Part shown: piece after piece, positions 33,922 through 46,032 of the stretch
How positions within the stretch are numbered: position 1 is the first letter of the stretch
How the letters are laid out: each line of letters begins with the position of its first letter
Made by a program: the position numbers and the translations under genes
NCBI GenBank assembly: GCA_029717555.1
Contig: JAMDHS010000006.1
Coordinates: 310,001-374,000, forward strand
Source: Peribolospora baueri
Lineage: Eukaryota
Direction of reading: 5' to 3'
Length of the DNA stretch: 64,000 bases
Notes under the pieces: model-generated
What the model was told of the DNA's origin: nothing
Seen by the model: only the letters and a program-made list of their open reading frames with translations
The model's database searches: none

Positions 33922-36292
33922 ATGACGCAACGTTCCGATCCCACCTCCTCTGCGCGCCCAGCGCACGTACACCTCGCGGTCATCTGTCACGGTGCGTTAA
34001 GTCAACTCCCAAGTCGATCAATCGATCGAGTCCGTCCGCCGTCGTTCCTTCCTTCTCTTCCGAGCGCCACGGCCACACGGTGTTGACCATGGGTAGAACC
34101 GATGGTCGCGCATTCGACGGCTGTCGCCCCAAACAGGACTCTGGGGCGAACCGGCGCACACGGCCTACCTCGCAAAGTCTTTGTGCGACGCCTTCGACGG
34201 ACACCTCAGCCCAGCCTCTGCGCTGTCCCCTACCGCCTCCGAGCCGCATCGAGGCGTGGCGGGTGCAGCTGCCGATACGCTCGAAGGAGCAGTTGGCGAT
34301 GGCCAGCAGGTGACCGACAGCGACGACGAGAGCGAACAGGAAGCACACGCCGTCGAGGCGCCTCGCTCGCCCGCACAGGGACGGGCAGGAGCAAGCGAAG
34401 ACCCGGACGAGGTCAGGCTGGTGGTGTTGAACACGAGGAGCAATTCTTCGGTGCACACTTGTGAGCCGTTCCGTGTTCTTGTCTCGCGCCTTTGCCGGCT
34501 GTGAAAGGGAACGAAGGGGAGTTAGTTCTATTCCGTGTCGGTACGCTTCGCAGATGACGGTATCGACTGGGGTGCCGAGCGTGTGGTGAACGAGGTGAGC
34601 GCTCGCCCAGTGTCCGACGTGTTCCAACCGTCCCTCCTATTCAGTTACGGAACCTGTTCGCACCACAGATCTACGCAGAAGTACGACGGTTGCGCGACGA
34701 AGAAGGTGCCCGCGTCACTCGCTTCTCCATCACCGGCTACAGCCTCGGAGGCTTAGTGGCTCGATACGCCATCGGCCTGCTCTGGGCCGACGGTTTCTTC
34801 TCCAGTCCCGACGACGACGTGCCCTCCCGCTCGCAGGTGCCTACTCCGCTCCGCTCATCTTCCCCCGCTCCCGCCTCCGGCGCCGCCGGTCGAGCGGAGA
34901 AAGTGATTCAAGGAGGCGTAAAGCCGGTCAACTTTACCACGTTTGCCACTCCCCACGTCGGCGTGCCTCGAGCGGCCAGTTTTTTCGGTCGGCTTGCTGG
35001 CCTCATCGGACCGAGGCTGCTGAGTCGTACAGGCGAGCAGCTCTACGGACGCGACGTGGGAAAGAAGGGTCGGTCGGAAGGAGGCTACCACAAAGGACGG
35101 AGCGTGCTGGAGTGTATGACCCGGGACGAGTGTGCGTTTTCCTGGCCGCCGTCGGCGTGGCTTCCTTGCGTCGGATCGACGAACGCTGACCGCGAAGTCG
35201 TCTTTTCGCAACTTTCAGACCCCTTCCTGCGCGCTCTCAAGGCCTTTGAGAGAGTGACCATTATTGCCAACGCCATCAACGACCGTGAGTTTGGTGTTTG
35301 TCAAAGACGAGTCCTTTTGGGCTCCTCTCTTGTTTCCTTGTTCGCTCGGCGCTCACGACACGCTGCATCGACATCAGTTACTGTCCCGTACGTCACCGGT
35401 GCTATCGATGCGGTAGACCGATTCGCGCCTCCTCGACCCATCGTCACCCTCGATCCTACGTACGAATACGTCCTCCATTCCTGGTCGCCAGCGCCCCATC
35501 CACCACCTTTGCCCCTTCACCGCAGAATCCGGCGAGCCATCCTTCCGCGCTCCGTACCTTTTTTCCTCAACCCGCGAATGAACCCTTGGAGATTTCCGTT
35601 CAACTACCTCGCCGTCGTCCTCTTCCCGCTCGCCATTCCCGCCTTTCTCATCCTCATCATTGTTCGCTTCCAGAGCCAGAGCAAGGAGAGCCGAAAACGG
35701 ATCGGAGGATTGCAGGAGGCTTGGGAGAAGGAGAACGCGAACGCGGTGGAGGGAGCGCAAGATGGCGTGCATGGGAGGATTGAGAGGTTGCTGATAAGGG
35801 CGCAAGTAGAGGCATCGAGGGCTGTGGACGAGCTGATGGAGGGCGCCAACGCCGGGGCGGAAGCGGAGCGTGCGGGTGCAGGATCAATGAGGGCTGTGTC
35901 TGGATGGGCTTCAACCCCGGCGGATAGCCCGGGGGAGGACGAGGACAAGGGCGAAGACGGCAATGTCCAACAACGTCAATCGAAGGATACGAGCAGTCCG
36001 CTCCTGTCTCCCCAGCAAGTGGCCATGATCGAAACGCTGAACGCGATCCCGCAACTCAAGAAGACGCTGGCATGGTTCGACGATGTGACCATCTCTCACG
36101 CCATGCTCATTTGGTGAGCGAAGAAGGGAATGCTTCACTCGATCACAGCCATTTCATCACGCCCTTCGCTTACACCGTCGTCTCTCCCCTTCTCGTGCCG
36201 TCCTTCGTTCGCGCAGTCGGACGCCGAGCACAGAGTTGCACCGTCGTGGAGAGAGTGTAGTTCGGAAATGGACCGACGATTTCCTGCTCTAA
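33922..36292 (+). CDS. DUF676 putative serine esterase/lipase (Rog1/Lpl1-like alpha/beta hydrolase), multi-exon
   Basis: Spliced HLAVICHGLWG, TYDGIDWGAERV, nucleophile elbow GYSLGG, NFTTFATPHVG, NDLTVPY-like acid motif and SHAMLICR histidine motif. One hydrophobic segment. TAA at 36290-36292. Confidence 0.87.
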
Positions 36293-36522
36293 AGGACTTC
36301 GGAGCGCGCATGGGATATACAGTCATGCGGAATGAACGTATAGACTAGACCTGGCGTATGTGCGCGGTAGAAAGGGACGATGTCCTGAAGCCATTTCCTG
36401 AAAAGTGCTCGAACGTTCGACTTTTCTGGCACATCATCAAATAGTATGAGGTCGGCTTAAAAAATAATAAGAAGGGCCGGAACTGCAATGAAATTGGTCG
36501 CAAAACCATAGATGCCAGCGAC

Positions 36523-36528
36523 AAAAAA
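36523..36528 (-). terminator. Pol III oligo-T terminator of the tRNA-Ala gene
   Basis: T6 run on the minus strand, 8 nt after the tRNA 3' end. Confidence 0.8.
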
Positions 36529-36536
36529 TTAACTTG

Positions 36537-36608
36537 TGGAGCAACTGGGGTTCGAACCCAGGACCTTGTGCTTGCAAAGCACACGCCATACCACTAGGCC
36601 ATAACCCC
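36537..36608 (-). tRNA. tRNA-Ala (anticodon UGC), intronless
   Basis: The reverse complement GGGGTTATGGCCTAGTGGTATGGCGTGTGCTTTGCAAGCACAAGGTCCTGGGTTCGAACCCCAGTTGCTCCA folds into a cloverleaf with the G3:U70 Ala identity pair, anticodon stem TGTGC/GCACA, TTCGAAC T-loop and discriminator A. Confidence 0.95.
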
Positions 36609-37187
36609 TATTTCAGTCATAATAAGAGTGAAGCAGACGCATTATAAGCAGACATGGATGACGTCGTCTCTTGCATCTCAAGCATGCCCTTTGTTCGAAT
36701 CGCAGTATCTTGATTGTTTACTGCTCTGTTGTCGCCTGTTGTTTGAGCTAATGACGAAGAATGGGAGCAACTGCTTCGACGCCGCTGCTGTTTTGCCAGC
36801 GCTGCTAAGGTGTGAAGTCGCCCCTTGTCACGTGATATCTCCGCCTCCAACTCGTCCTGCATACGGCGGCGGTGCGAGCGAGGAAAACAACTGTCGTTCA
36901 TTATATTCTCGACGGCTTCGAAGCGGTCCAGGTGAGTAACAAGCGCAAAGCGCAGTTTGGAACCGGGCGACACCGAGAAGAGTTATTCAGAGCCGGGCTA
37001 TTTTTGTATAAGCACGTCGTGAATCTCACCGCGGTCCCTCCTTCCCCTTCGTCCCCACACAAACGAACCCACCTCGACCGCGGCCGGCTCGGACGACAGG
37101 CCATCTCCACCGACCTTTACTCGCGCCACCACTCGGTCCCTTCTCTTCTTCTCCTTTTCCCCTTCCTTCTACCACTACCACACGATC

Positions 37188-37695
37188 ATGTCCGAGAAGG
37201 CCACCGGTGACGCGCCGCCCCCCTTTTCTTCCCACCCCACTGCCGGCGAAAGGACCGCTATTGCCGGCGAAAAAGCCACGGGCGACAGCAAGGGCCAAGG
37301 TTCGAGCAATCTGACGGCGGTGATCAAGAATGTGGACATGAGCGAGGAGATGCAGACGGTCGCCGTTGACATGGCCGTTGAGGCGATGCAGCAGATGAGC
37401 TTGGAGAAGGACATGGCCGCCCACATCAAGAGATCGTTCGACCTCAAATACGGCCCGACGTGGCACGCCGTCGTGGGCAGGAACTATGGCAGCTACGTCA
37501 CGCACGGTGAGCTAACCAATGCTACGTGGCGTTGGCTTCGATGGAAGCGAGGCCGTCGAAGCGCGCACTGCTGCCTCTCAAAGGATCGTCTGCTGTCGCT
37601 CATCCCTCGTCTCCCCTTTTCGATTGGCCGCAGAGACCAAGCACTTCATCTACTTCTACCTCGGCACCATGGCCTTCCTAATCTGGCGAGCTTGA
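37188..37695 (+). CDS. DYN2: Dynein light chain LC8 (intron 37507-37633)
   Basis: [13 protein letters not shown]...[50 protein letters not shown]. Confidence 0.95.
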
Positions 37696-38372
37696 TCTTC
37701 TTTTCAGAAATTCTTCTCTGCTTCTTCCCGCTCTCCCACCTTTCCGCCCTCACCACCTTACCCTTCCAGCGTACGTGTCGCTGTACGTATCATTAGAGCT
37801 ATCCTTCCTGTAAGTTCTTCGTTTCTCTCGCGTCGCCGTCACAGCTCTTCGTGTCTCCGAGTAATCCCACTAGCTAGTATCGAGAGATAGCGCGTCCGTA
37901 TTCCATGTGTGGATGGCAGGTCGTCCTCAGCTACCCCTTCCCGCTCACAGCGAGAGACGAGGCAGAGTAGAAGGCCCCCAGGCGAAGAGCGAGGACGAAA
38001 AAGAGCTGACTTTGAGGATGCCACATTTGGTCGAAAACGACGTCGTATCAGTCCAAAGAGGGTCACAACGATCGCAAAACAGGAGCCGGACAAAAAGGAG
38101 CTGCTGGCGGCGAATGCTACGAGTGTGCTGGCGATGTATATATAATGCGGCACGAAATGCGTGAGAGACTACGCCTCCGCGAGATTGAGATTGACGAGGG
38201 AAAAGCCAGATAAAGGGGCAAAAAGAGTCCGGATGGGTCCGAAGGAAGTAAGGGACGGGCAGAGACCAGCGTTTGTGACAGACTAGACCGACAGATGGGA
38301 GAGGGGCAGGAGAGAGGGGAGAAGCATGACGAAGCCGGCAAGATGGTGGATGGAGGTAGACGATCAAATACG

Positions 38373-39309
38373 TCAGAAGAAAGTGCCTTCGGGAGGTTGC
38401 GGAAGCTTGCGGTTCGTCGGTTGGGCCATTTCTCTGGGAGTGGACAAACGAGGCGTACATCAGCCGGTTGGTCGTTTGGACGATCGGCACGACAAGGCAC
38501 GCATGCGATTATTCCGACTGCCGTCCAGGACCTTCCCACTCACCTCCTCAGTTCTACCAGCACCGTCTCCAAAGTGTAGTTTCGCTTCCACTGGGAAAGA
38601 ACCGGCAAACGGCTCGGATCGACCTGAAACGGAGAGAAAAACACGGGCGAGAAAGATGAGAAACCGGGTCGAGCCGATGCCTCAGTGTGTTACCCCAGCC
38701 CAACCCGCCCGAGCTCATCGCCACGGCTATGTCAAGCTCAACGACCGGATCAAAATGCGCCCGTTCTGGGGATTCTCCGAAAAGGTCGTGGACGAGCCCT
38801 TTCGCATTTCCAATCCTCATACGCTTGCTCGCTCACCTTGCCATTGGTCTGATCCACGCACGGCAAGTTGATCTTGCTCAAAAAGCTGATCTTCGGAGGG
38901 CTATCGGGGTAGTCCTCGTCGCAGAAGATCTTGAGCGAGTAGATCCTGTTCTCGTGCACCGAGTGGCCGGGCCCGATGATGGTACCGTTCCAGTTGGACA
39001 TCATGATGTCTGAGCCGTCATCGAGACCGTACGAACACGTGCCATCACCAATGCCCTTCTCGCCCTTCTCGAGCTCTTCCAGGAGGCGGAAATTGCGCGG
39101 GACTGACGAGGAATGAGCAATACATGGAGGGGTGGGAAGAGGAAGGGAGGGTAAAGGGAGCGCCTTGAGCGTATGATACTGGAGGGAGCGGGGAGAAGCG
39201 CGGACGGAGCATTGGGGTCCGCCCGTCGATCGGCGACGGTGACCGGCCCGGAGGCGAATCAAGTCCGCCTCCGTCGCTCTTCGACTCGATCGCACTCACC
39301 GTTCGCCAT
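38373..39309 (-). CDS. MMS2: Ubiquitin-conjugating enzyme variant Mms2/Uev1 (4 exons)
   Basis: Spliced [30 protein letters not shown]...WNGTIIGPGHSVHENRIYSL...KINLPCVD..GKVDP...LETVLVELRREMA..NRKLPQPPEGTFF*. Confidence 0.95.
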
Positions 39310-39772
39310 GAGAGCCTTTCACGTGTGGAATCTCGGCGGGTTGGGGTCGTTCTAGCTGAAGGAAGGGGTTGTGGTATTGCTGTGGTCGTCTGTCTCTTTG
39401 TGTCTGCCCTCGATCCAATACCGTGCTTGGGCGAGGCGATCGGGCGAGCGCGCATTTAACGATGCTGCGGCAGGAGTGGCGGTACGCTCTAACTAGACAT
39501 GGACCGTCGACGGCCACCATCAGTTTGACCCTCACCACAAGATCCCATCCCGGCGCCAGCTCGTACCAAACCCCGTCGACATTGGCTTACTCGCTCTCTC
39601 AGCCGGGAAGATCCTCCAACCGATACTGGCGAGGTCCAGAAAGACCGCCACCGGAAAGGTGGCTGCCGATGTCAAGGCCGTCACCTATCTCAACCTCCTC
39701 GGCCAGATCTCAAAGCCGCCTATGCTGCCACCGCCGCCCGGACAGCTCGCTCCTCAAGCTGAACGAACTCGG

Positions 39773-39905
39773 CACCTACCTCAAATCCCTCCTCCATGAA
39801 ATGGGATGGAATACACGACCTACCATCCGGTCCGACAATCAAGCCGCAATTCGAGCTGCGGAAGACCCGCAGGATCATCTAGAAGTTCAATCATGTGGAC
39901 ATCAA
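39773..39905 (+). mobile_element. Ty1/copia RNase H remnant (frameshifted)
   Basis: YLKSLLHEMG..PTIRSDNQAAIRAAEDP..H/KFNHVDI matches the copia RNase H motif DNQAAI...KHIDIKYHFI. Confidence 0.8.
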
Positions 39906-39914
39906 CGCCCGTCA

Positions 39915-39996
39915 GATATAGTGGTATTTGATGTCCACGTGTTTGAATTTTTGGTGATTCTGCGGGTCTTCCGCTGCTCGAATTGCGGCTTGATTG
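39915..39996 (-). mobile_element. Second Ty1/copia RNase H remnant, inverted
   Basis: Minus-strand translation NQAAIRAAEDPQNHQKFKHVDIKYHYI. Confidence 0.82.
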
Positions 39997-41132
39997 CGCG
40001 ACTTCAGAAGCAACGACGTAAAGCATGGTGCGGGATATAGGAGAGAGAGAGAGAGAGAACAAAGAGAAGAGATTTTCATAGCGCTTCCAGGACTAGGGTG
40101 AGATCGCCCAGACACGAGGCCATCACGGCCGCTAGGGCGGCGACCGTTACCGTATGAGATGGTGGGTTGGGGTGATGGCGGCCGCGCCGACCGCAGAGCG
40201 GCTAATGTCGACGCCTTGGGAGCGAGACCATGGGGGACGGCGCGTGCTTTAGGTGTGATTGGTAGCATCGGGGCCATCGCCAGGGTCAAGGGAGGAGCCG
40301 TCCGAGTAGAGGTCGAGTCGCGTGAGGATTGTCATCGTCGGGGGCGATGTCTAAGCATGAAGCGCTGCCTCTCTAGACTCTGCCGTTATGACGATGAAGG
40401 GGGAGGGACTCCAGGGCGGCAGGACCGGTACGTGGAAGCGCTCGACGTCGCACGCGACGACGCCGTCGTTCAACAGGCGTCGGAGCGGTCCTGGGTAGGG
40501 TGATCGTAGGCTCGTCCGGGCTTGCCTGGGAGCCGTCGAGGCTGCTGGGGTTGCTGGAGGGTAGGGTGAAGAGCCTGGCTGCCTCCTCCATCGCAAAATC
40601 TCCAGCCTGTGACGAGGAACCCATCTCTTTTGCTACCATTCAGCTCGTTGGCACCATTACATGGCGACGCCAGCAGGGTGGGGAGTTGCTGTTGGTTAAT
40701 CGTAAAGGCACCACTCTCTCACCCGCCACAGTGACAGAGACTGAGCTCCGCGGAATCGGCCACCCTCACCGTTCACCGGAGCACAAAAGCAAAAGAGGTC
40801 ACCAAGCCCCCACCATCCCCCATCCAACCGCGCATCGAGTCGCACACCCGTCTCCCTCTCTTTCTTCCCCACCCCAACACCCTCGTCCGCCACTGCTCCT
40901 TCTCCCTTTCGGCAGCCCCACAACCAACTTCCACTCCTTCGCTTTCCCACCCTCAACCTTCCGCGCACCAAAGTCGCCGCACACCCACCTGCCCCTCTTG
41001 CCGACACCTTTCGCCAACCTGGCTCCTCGGACGAGATCTACCCGAAAGAGGCCCGCGAGTTCACCGAGCGACCTCTCAAACCACTCGGAAATGGAGACCC
41101 CCGACGACAGGCAGCCACCCCGTCCCTCCGTT

Positions 41133-41215
41133 TGCAAGACCTCCCTGACGTGCTGACGTGTTTTAATAGCCTGGAAGGTTGCTGGAGCATTGATCAGCCC
41201 GAACGGCATGACCAA
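41133..41215 (-). mobile_element. Ty3/gypsy reverse-transcriptase remnant
   Basis: VMPFGLINAPATFQ (gypsy RT motif) is joined almost directly to QHVREVLQ, with the intervening YxDD region missing. Confidence 0.75.
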
Positions 41216-41792
41216 CGAAGCGACCCTGCCTGTGACACCAACATCCGTTTGCGCTCCCCTGCGATCTCCATTTTGGGGTATGCTGTATAGACGTTTTGAG
41301 TTCGAAGAGCCCCCTCACCTAGCTCGAACAGGGCCGGCTCCTACATGTCGCCGCCGGTAGGTACCTACCACTCCTCTAATTCCCCCCTTTTACCCGCCGT
41401 CGGCTGGTGACGGTTGCCTCTCTGTATAGTCCCTTTAGATCGTTCACGGCCTGTATGTATGGACTCTTAAGCGGATTAATCAACTCGGCCAGATCTCCAA
41501 GGTTGCTGCCGCCTATGCTGCCACTGCCGCCCGATCGGAGGAAAATCCAGACCGACCTGAAAACCACGCTCCTCAAGCTGGACACTTGGCACCCAGATGA
41601 GCCAGATGCAGCACACCATCGAAACGCGGAGGCTCGCGTCCAGGAGGTGATTGCGACCCCATCAGATAAAAAAAAAAAAGCCTCACCCGCTCGCCGCAGC
41701 CAAAAACTCTCCGACCCCATTCGACCGCAGCAAGTCGGGCTCACCTTTCGATCTCGATCGCTCACCCTGTCTTCCCATCCTCTGTGTCGCTC

Positions 41793-44700
41793 ATGGCCCC
41801 GTCGCCTGGACCCCCCGCAACTTCCCCTTCTCGCTCCCCCTCCTACCTCCCAGCCCCCATACACCCTCTTCCGGGTTCTTTGTCCTCTTTCATTCGCTCT
41901 GCCGTCTCGATCCCCTCTCTTCCTCGCGTCGTGCTGGAGCTCGTACAGAACGCCCTCGATGCGGATGCCAGGGACGTGCGCGTGAGGGCCGACTTGGCTA
42001 GATGGGCGCTCGAGGTCCTGGATGATGGTGTGGGGATAACATCCGGGGAATACGGAATGGCCGGGCTGGGTGCTCGCTACTGTGAGCTTGCTGGTTCATC
42101 TTGAGGGAAAGTTTGAGAGCTGAGTCGCCGCCAATGGCGATACGAGCTGACTCTCGCATGCTCCCAACCACGTCGTTTATAGTCTCCTCCAAAGCCACAA
42201 CGCTCTCGTCTCTTGACAACGTCTCCACCTTTGGATTTTGCGGGGAAACACTTGCTTCCCTGTCTAATCTCGCCCTCGTCGAGATTACCAGCCGTCCGAG
42301 GACGGACGGTGCTGGAAGGAACGGGGAACCGTTGACCGCCATATTCCGGGTGCGTCTCTTGAAAATCGTTCCTAGCTCAAGTGTACGGAAGTGACTCGTT
42401 CTCATCTGTGATAAAGGGGGGGCCCTTTCTCCGCTAATGCCGTTCCCCTGCTAATATAGGACGGGAAACGATTTTATTGTGGACCCTCGAGGACCGCCGA
42501 GGCGCGCTTGCTTGGTTCGAGCGGGACCAGCGTGAGCTTGAGAGATCTGTTCCACAAGGTGATTATCGGCACGCTCATGGACTAGATGGTGCTCTTCTTC
42601 GGCCGCTCAATTCACCGGCGCGGTCACTTACCGGCTTTCCCCTTCCCTCTCTCTCAAACCCCAGCTGCCCGTTCGACGACGATCCCATTCCCCTATTGCG
42701 GGCCTCGAAAGCATCCGTCGTGAATTAGAACGAACGGCGCTGCTCTTCCCACACGTCAGTTTCAGCCTGTGGGACGTCTCCAGGGACGGCCTGATCTTTG
42801 GTCCCGAAGGCGGGGGCGCGCATGCAAGCGGCGAGGGCGGGCGTAGGAAGGTGTGGAGCGTTCGAAAAGTGAGGGCCTCGATTGATTCATGCTACATCAC
42901 ACCAAGGGTTTGAAGAGTGGACAGTGTCAACTGATCGATATTTCTCCTTGATGCCGATTTGTGCGCGCACAAAGACGTATTCGCTGTTGGAAAGGTTCCG
43001 ACAAATTTTTGGAAACGCTTTGGCCGAAGTGAGCGCTCGATTGTTGCTTATGCCTTCTTTACACTCGAGACCCCAAATTAGAGCTCGGATTTTTTATTTA
43101 CTTTCATGCTGCTTCAGGAAGTGGAGGAGATACGCTCCACGGAAGGCGACCTTGTCCTCGAAGGATTCATCTCCCTTTGTGCTTCTCCCTCAAGGGTAAG
43201 TCGTCTCTGAGATGTACCATCGGTGTGTTCATATGGTTTCTTCCACTGTACCACGATTCTCATCGCTCGTTTTTGCCTGGGATATGCAGCAACAGCAGTT
43301 TATCTGTGAGCCTGCTTGTCTGATCACGCCAAGGCGGACCTGTGCACAGACCATCGGTTGGCCCTCTCCATTTACGACCCGCAGATGTCAACGAAAGGTC
43401 TCTGGAACGATGCGACCTGCACGAGCTCGTTTCCGATCTCTTCGCGCGGAGCTCGTTTCCCATTCAGGTGGGTTTTGTGACATCGCTCTCTCTTTAGAAG
43501 AGATGTTTACGGCAATAGACCTATACGCCTCTGCCCAGATCAACGAGGCCTGCAGAGCAATGGAGCATGACTCGCCTTCCGGAACCAAAGGTGGGCCTGA
43601 TGTGCTTGTACGCGAGATTAGGGCAAAGTTGCTGCTGGCGCTGCTTATCAATGGATTCACCATGTGGTTATCACCTTCAATCAGTACGAAAGTCTCCATC
43701 CCGTCCGAAGGCTCCTTCACATCCGGTCTACGTGCTCAACCTGCGCATACCGGCATCGGAGGTCGACGTCCTTTTCGATCCCGCTAAGAGTGTCGTGGCC
43801 TTTAAAGTGAGTAACGGTAGGGTGAGACGTTGTATGGACGAAGCATCAACCATATTCTTTTTTGACCCTCGACTGTCCCGTTCCACAGGACTGGCCTTCC
43901 GTATCCGCTCTGTTCGCCGAGGCCATTACTCGTACTCTGCAAAAGCTCGGCCTGTGGCCTGCTCGGTCCGATCATCTCGCAAATGACGACCGATCCCGGT
44001 CAAGCCCGAGCCGCTCGCCTAGTCCACACGCCGCCAAACTAACTCGTCGTCCGGTTTCGAGCGAGGGTCGATTGGCGAGCTTGAGCGAAGGGTCGCTGAA
44101 AAGAAAGAGGTGCACGGACCCAGCGGAACTCGCCGCGGTTCGGGAGCTTGAGGGCGTGGTGAGCGGCGCTCCTTGCGCTTTTCTACACTCTTTCGCCGAA
44201 CCAAAGCGATGCTCAGACGATAACTATTGTCGCCCATCGTTCTAGGCGAGCTCGTCCGACGGCTTCCTACGCTGGACAGACCCGTCGTCTTCGCAAGCGT
44301 TTCTCATCGACAGGCGCACTGGCAACTCGTATGCTGCCGATCATCCTCGCTTCAAGTCTATTCCTGCGTCCTTACCTCGAGCGGAGAGTAGGTCAATCAT
44401 GGACAAGGGTTTTCCGACCGGCGGCGAAATAGCTGTTTCCAGACAGCTACGGCCACCGGGTCACGGCGTGCTAAGAAGGAGGAGTGGAGATGACAAGGGA
44501 CAGCCAGTGCCATGGTTGGAAGAGATTCTCCAAGTGAGTGTCGTTGAGCAAGAAATGCTAGCGCTGTGGCCTCATCGTTCTCGTTCGCTCGGGGTCCCTT
44601 CTCTTAACAGGGTTGGACCAATCCAGTCTTTCCATCCCCTGAGATTCCGATCCCCACCCTCGATCCGCCGGCCGCCGTTGCTTTGGAGCCAAGCTCTGGT

Positions 44701-46032
44701 CGACCTTGCTCCTCGCATCGACCCGCACCATTTTCCGGTACCTTCAGCCGTTTCTTTGACCAAGCTCAGTCGTCCGACGAGCATGGTTTGCCCCACCCCC
44801 CTTCAGGTGACAGCAAGTCGAGCAGGTCGAGCCCGCAGACGTTTGGCAGGGAGAGTTTGAAGGGAGCGCAGGTGATCGCGCAGGTCGATCGGAAATTCTT
44901 GCTGTGCAAAGCCAGGGGAAGGGCTGTCAGACGAGAGGAGGAGGGAGACGAGGAAGAGGACGAGGAGATGATGGTACTGATAGACCAGCACGCTGCGGAC
45001 GGTGAGTTTGAATCGTCCCAGGACGGTTCTGTCGACGGTCCTTTGGACTGACGCCAATTCGCACGCTTGCCAGAACGCATCCGTCTTGAACGTTTCTTCA
45101 GATCCTTCACTGCGGACGTCCAGTCGGGGGCGCTCCCGCTGTTTACCTTTCCGTCTGAAGAACCGGCTCGAATGCTGGTCAGCCGACGCGAGGCGAGGCT
45201 GCTGTCCTCGGATCCATCTAAGCACGCGGCTTTTCGAACATGGGGGTTGGGAGTCGAGGTGGACGTTGCGTCGATGGAGGTAGCTGAGGCGGCCGACTCG
45301 GCGGAGGACGAGGTGGGCGGGAGACAAGGGCGTAAAGAAGGGGCGGCCGTTCAGTTGCTGGTCCGGCACGTGCCGTTGATTGTGTCTGACCGACTCGTCG
45401 CGGACGAGGAGGCTTTGAGGGAGACGATGACGGGATACTTGGCGTGGCTCGAAGAACACTCGGCCGGCACGCTTTCCGGCGCTGTTGCAAGCCAGATGAC
45501 AAGCGGAAAGGAGACGGATTGGGTGAGCGCTCTGCGCGGGGCACCCAGGAGGCTGCTCGACCTGATCGTATCGAAAGCCTGTCGAGGTGAGCTGAGCGAC
45601 GGGCGAAGGGCGAGCGTTCTCCACCTCGCATCTTTGTCTTGACATCGCGCGCGGCCCCTTTTCTCTCCCCTTCCCGGCCGCAGGGGCGATCATGTTCAAC
45701 GACCGGCTGGAGCTGGAGCAGTGCGAGCGACTGGTGGATCAGCTGAGCGAGACGGTGTTTCCGTTTCAGTGCGCTCATGGGAGGTGCGTGAACGGTTTGC
45801 AATCCGTCCGGCTCTTTCGTGAAAGCTGCCCTCGCCCTCCACCTGACCCGCCTTCGTGAATCCTACCCTTCGTCTGACGCGCAGGCCATCCTTGATACCG
45901 GTCTTGAGCCTGAGCTCGGCGAGGAAGCGGCGACGCGGACGGCCAATCAATTGGGCCGGCCTGCGGGCCCTCAGAGAGGGAGGTACGGCGGCGGTAGGAG
46001 GCGAGGGAGAGGCTCGCGGCGGACAGCAGTAA
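41793..46032 (+). CDS. MLH3: MutL-family mismatch repair/meiotic endonuclease Mlh3 (many introns)
   Basis: GHKL N-domain ELVQNALDA, DDGVG and GTSVSLRDLFHKLPVR; HPVYVLNL..VDVLFDPAKS; C-domain QVDRKF, DQHAADERIRLE, SKACRGAIMFND and FPFQCAHGRPS. TAA at 46030-46032. Confidence 0.9.

Noticed and set aside
36617..36973. Short ORFs in the lower-GC stretch between the tRNA and the LC8 gene
   Set aside because: They have no motifs or splice-consistent structure and are probably promoter or intergenic DNA.
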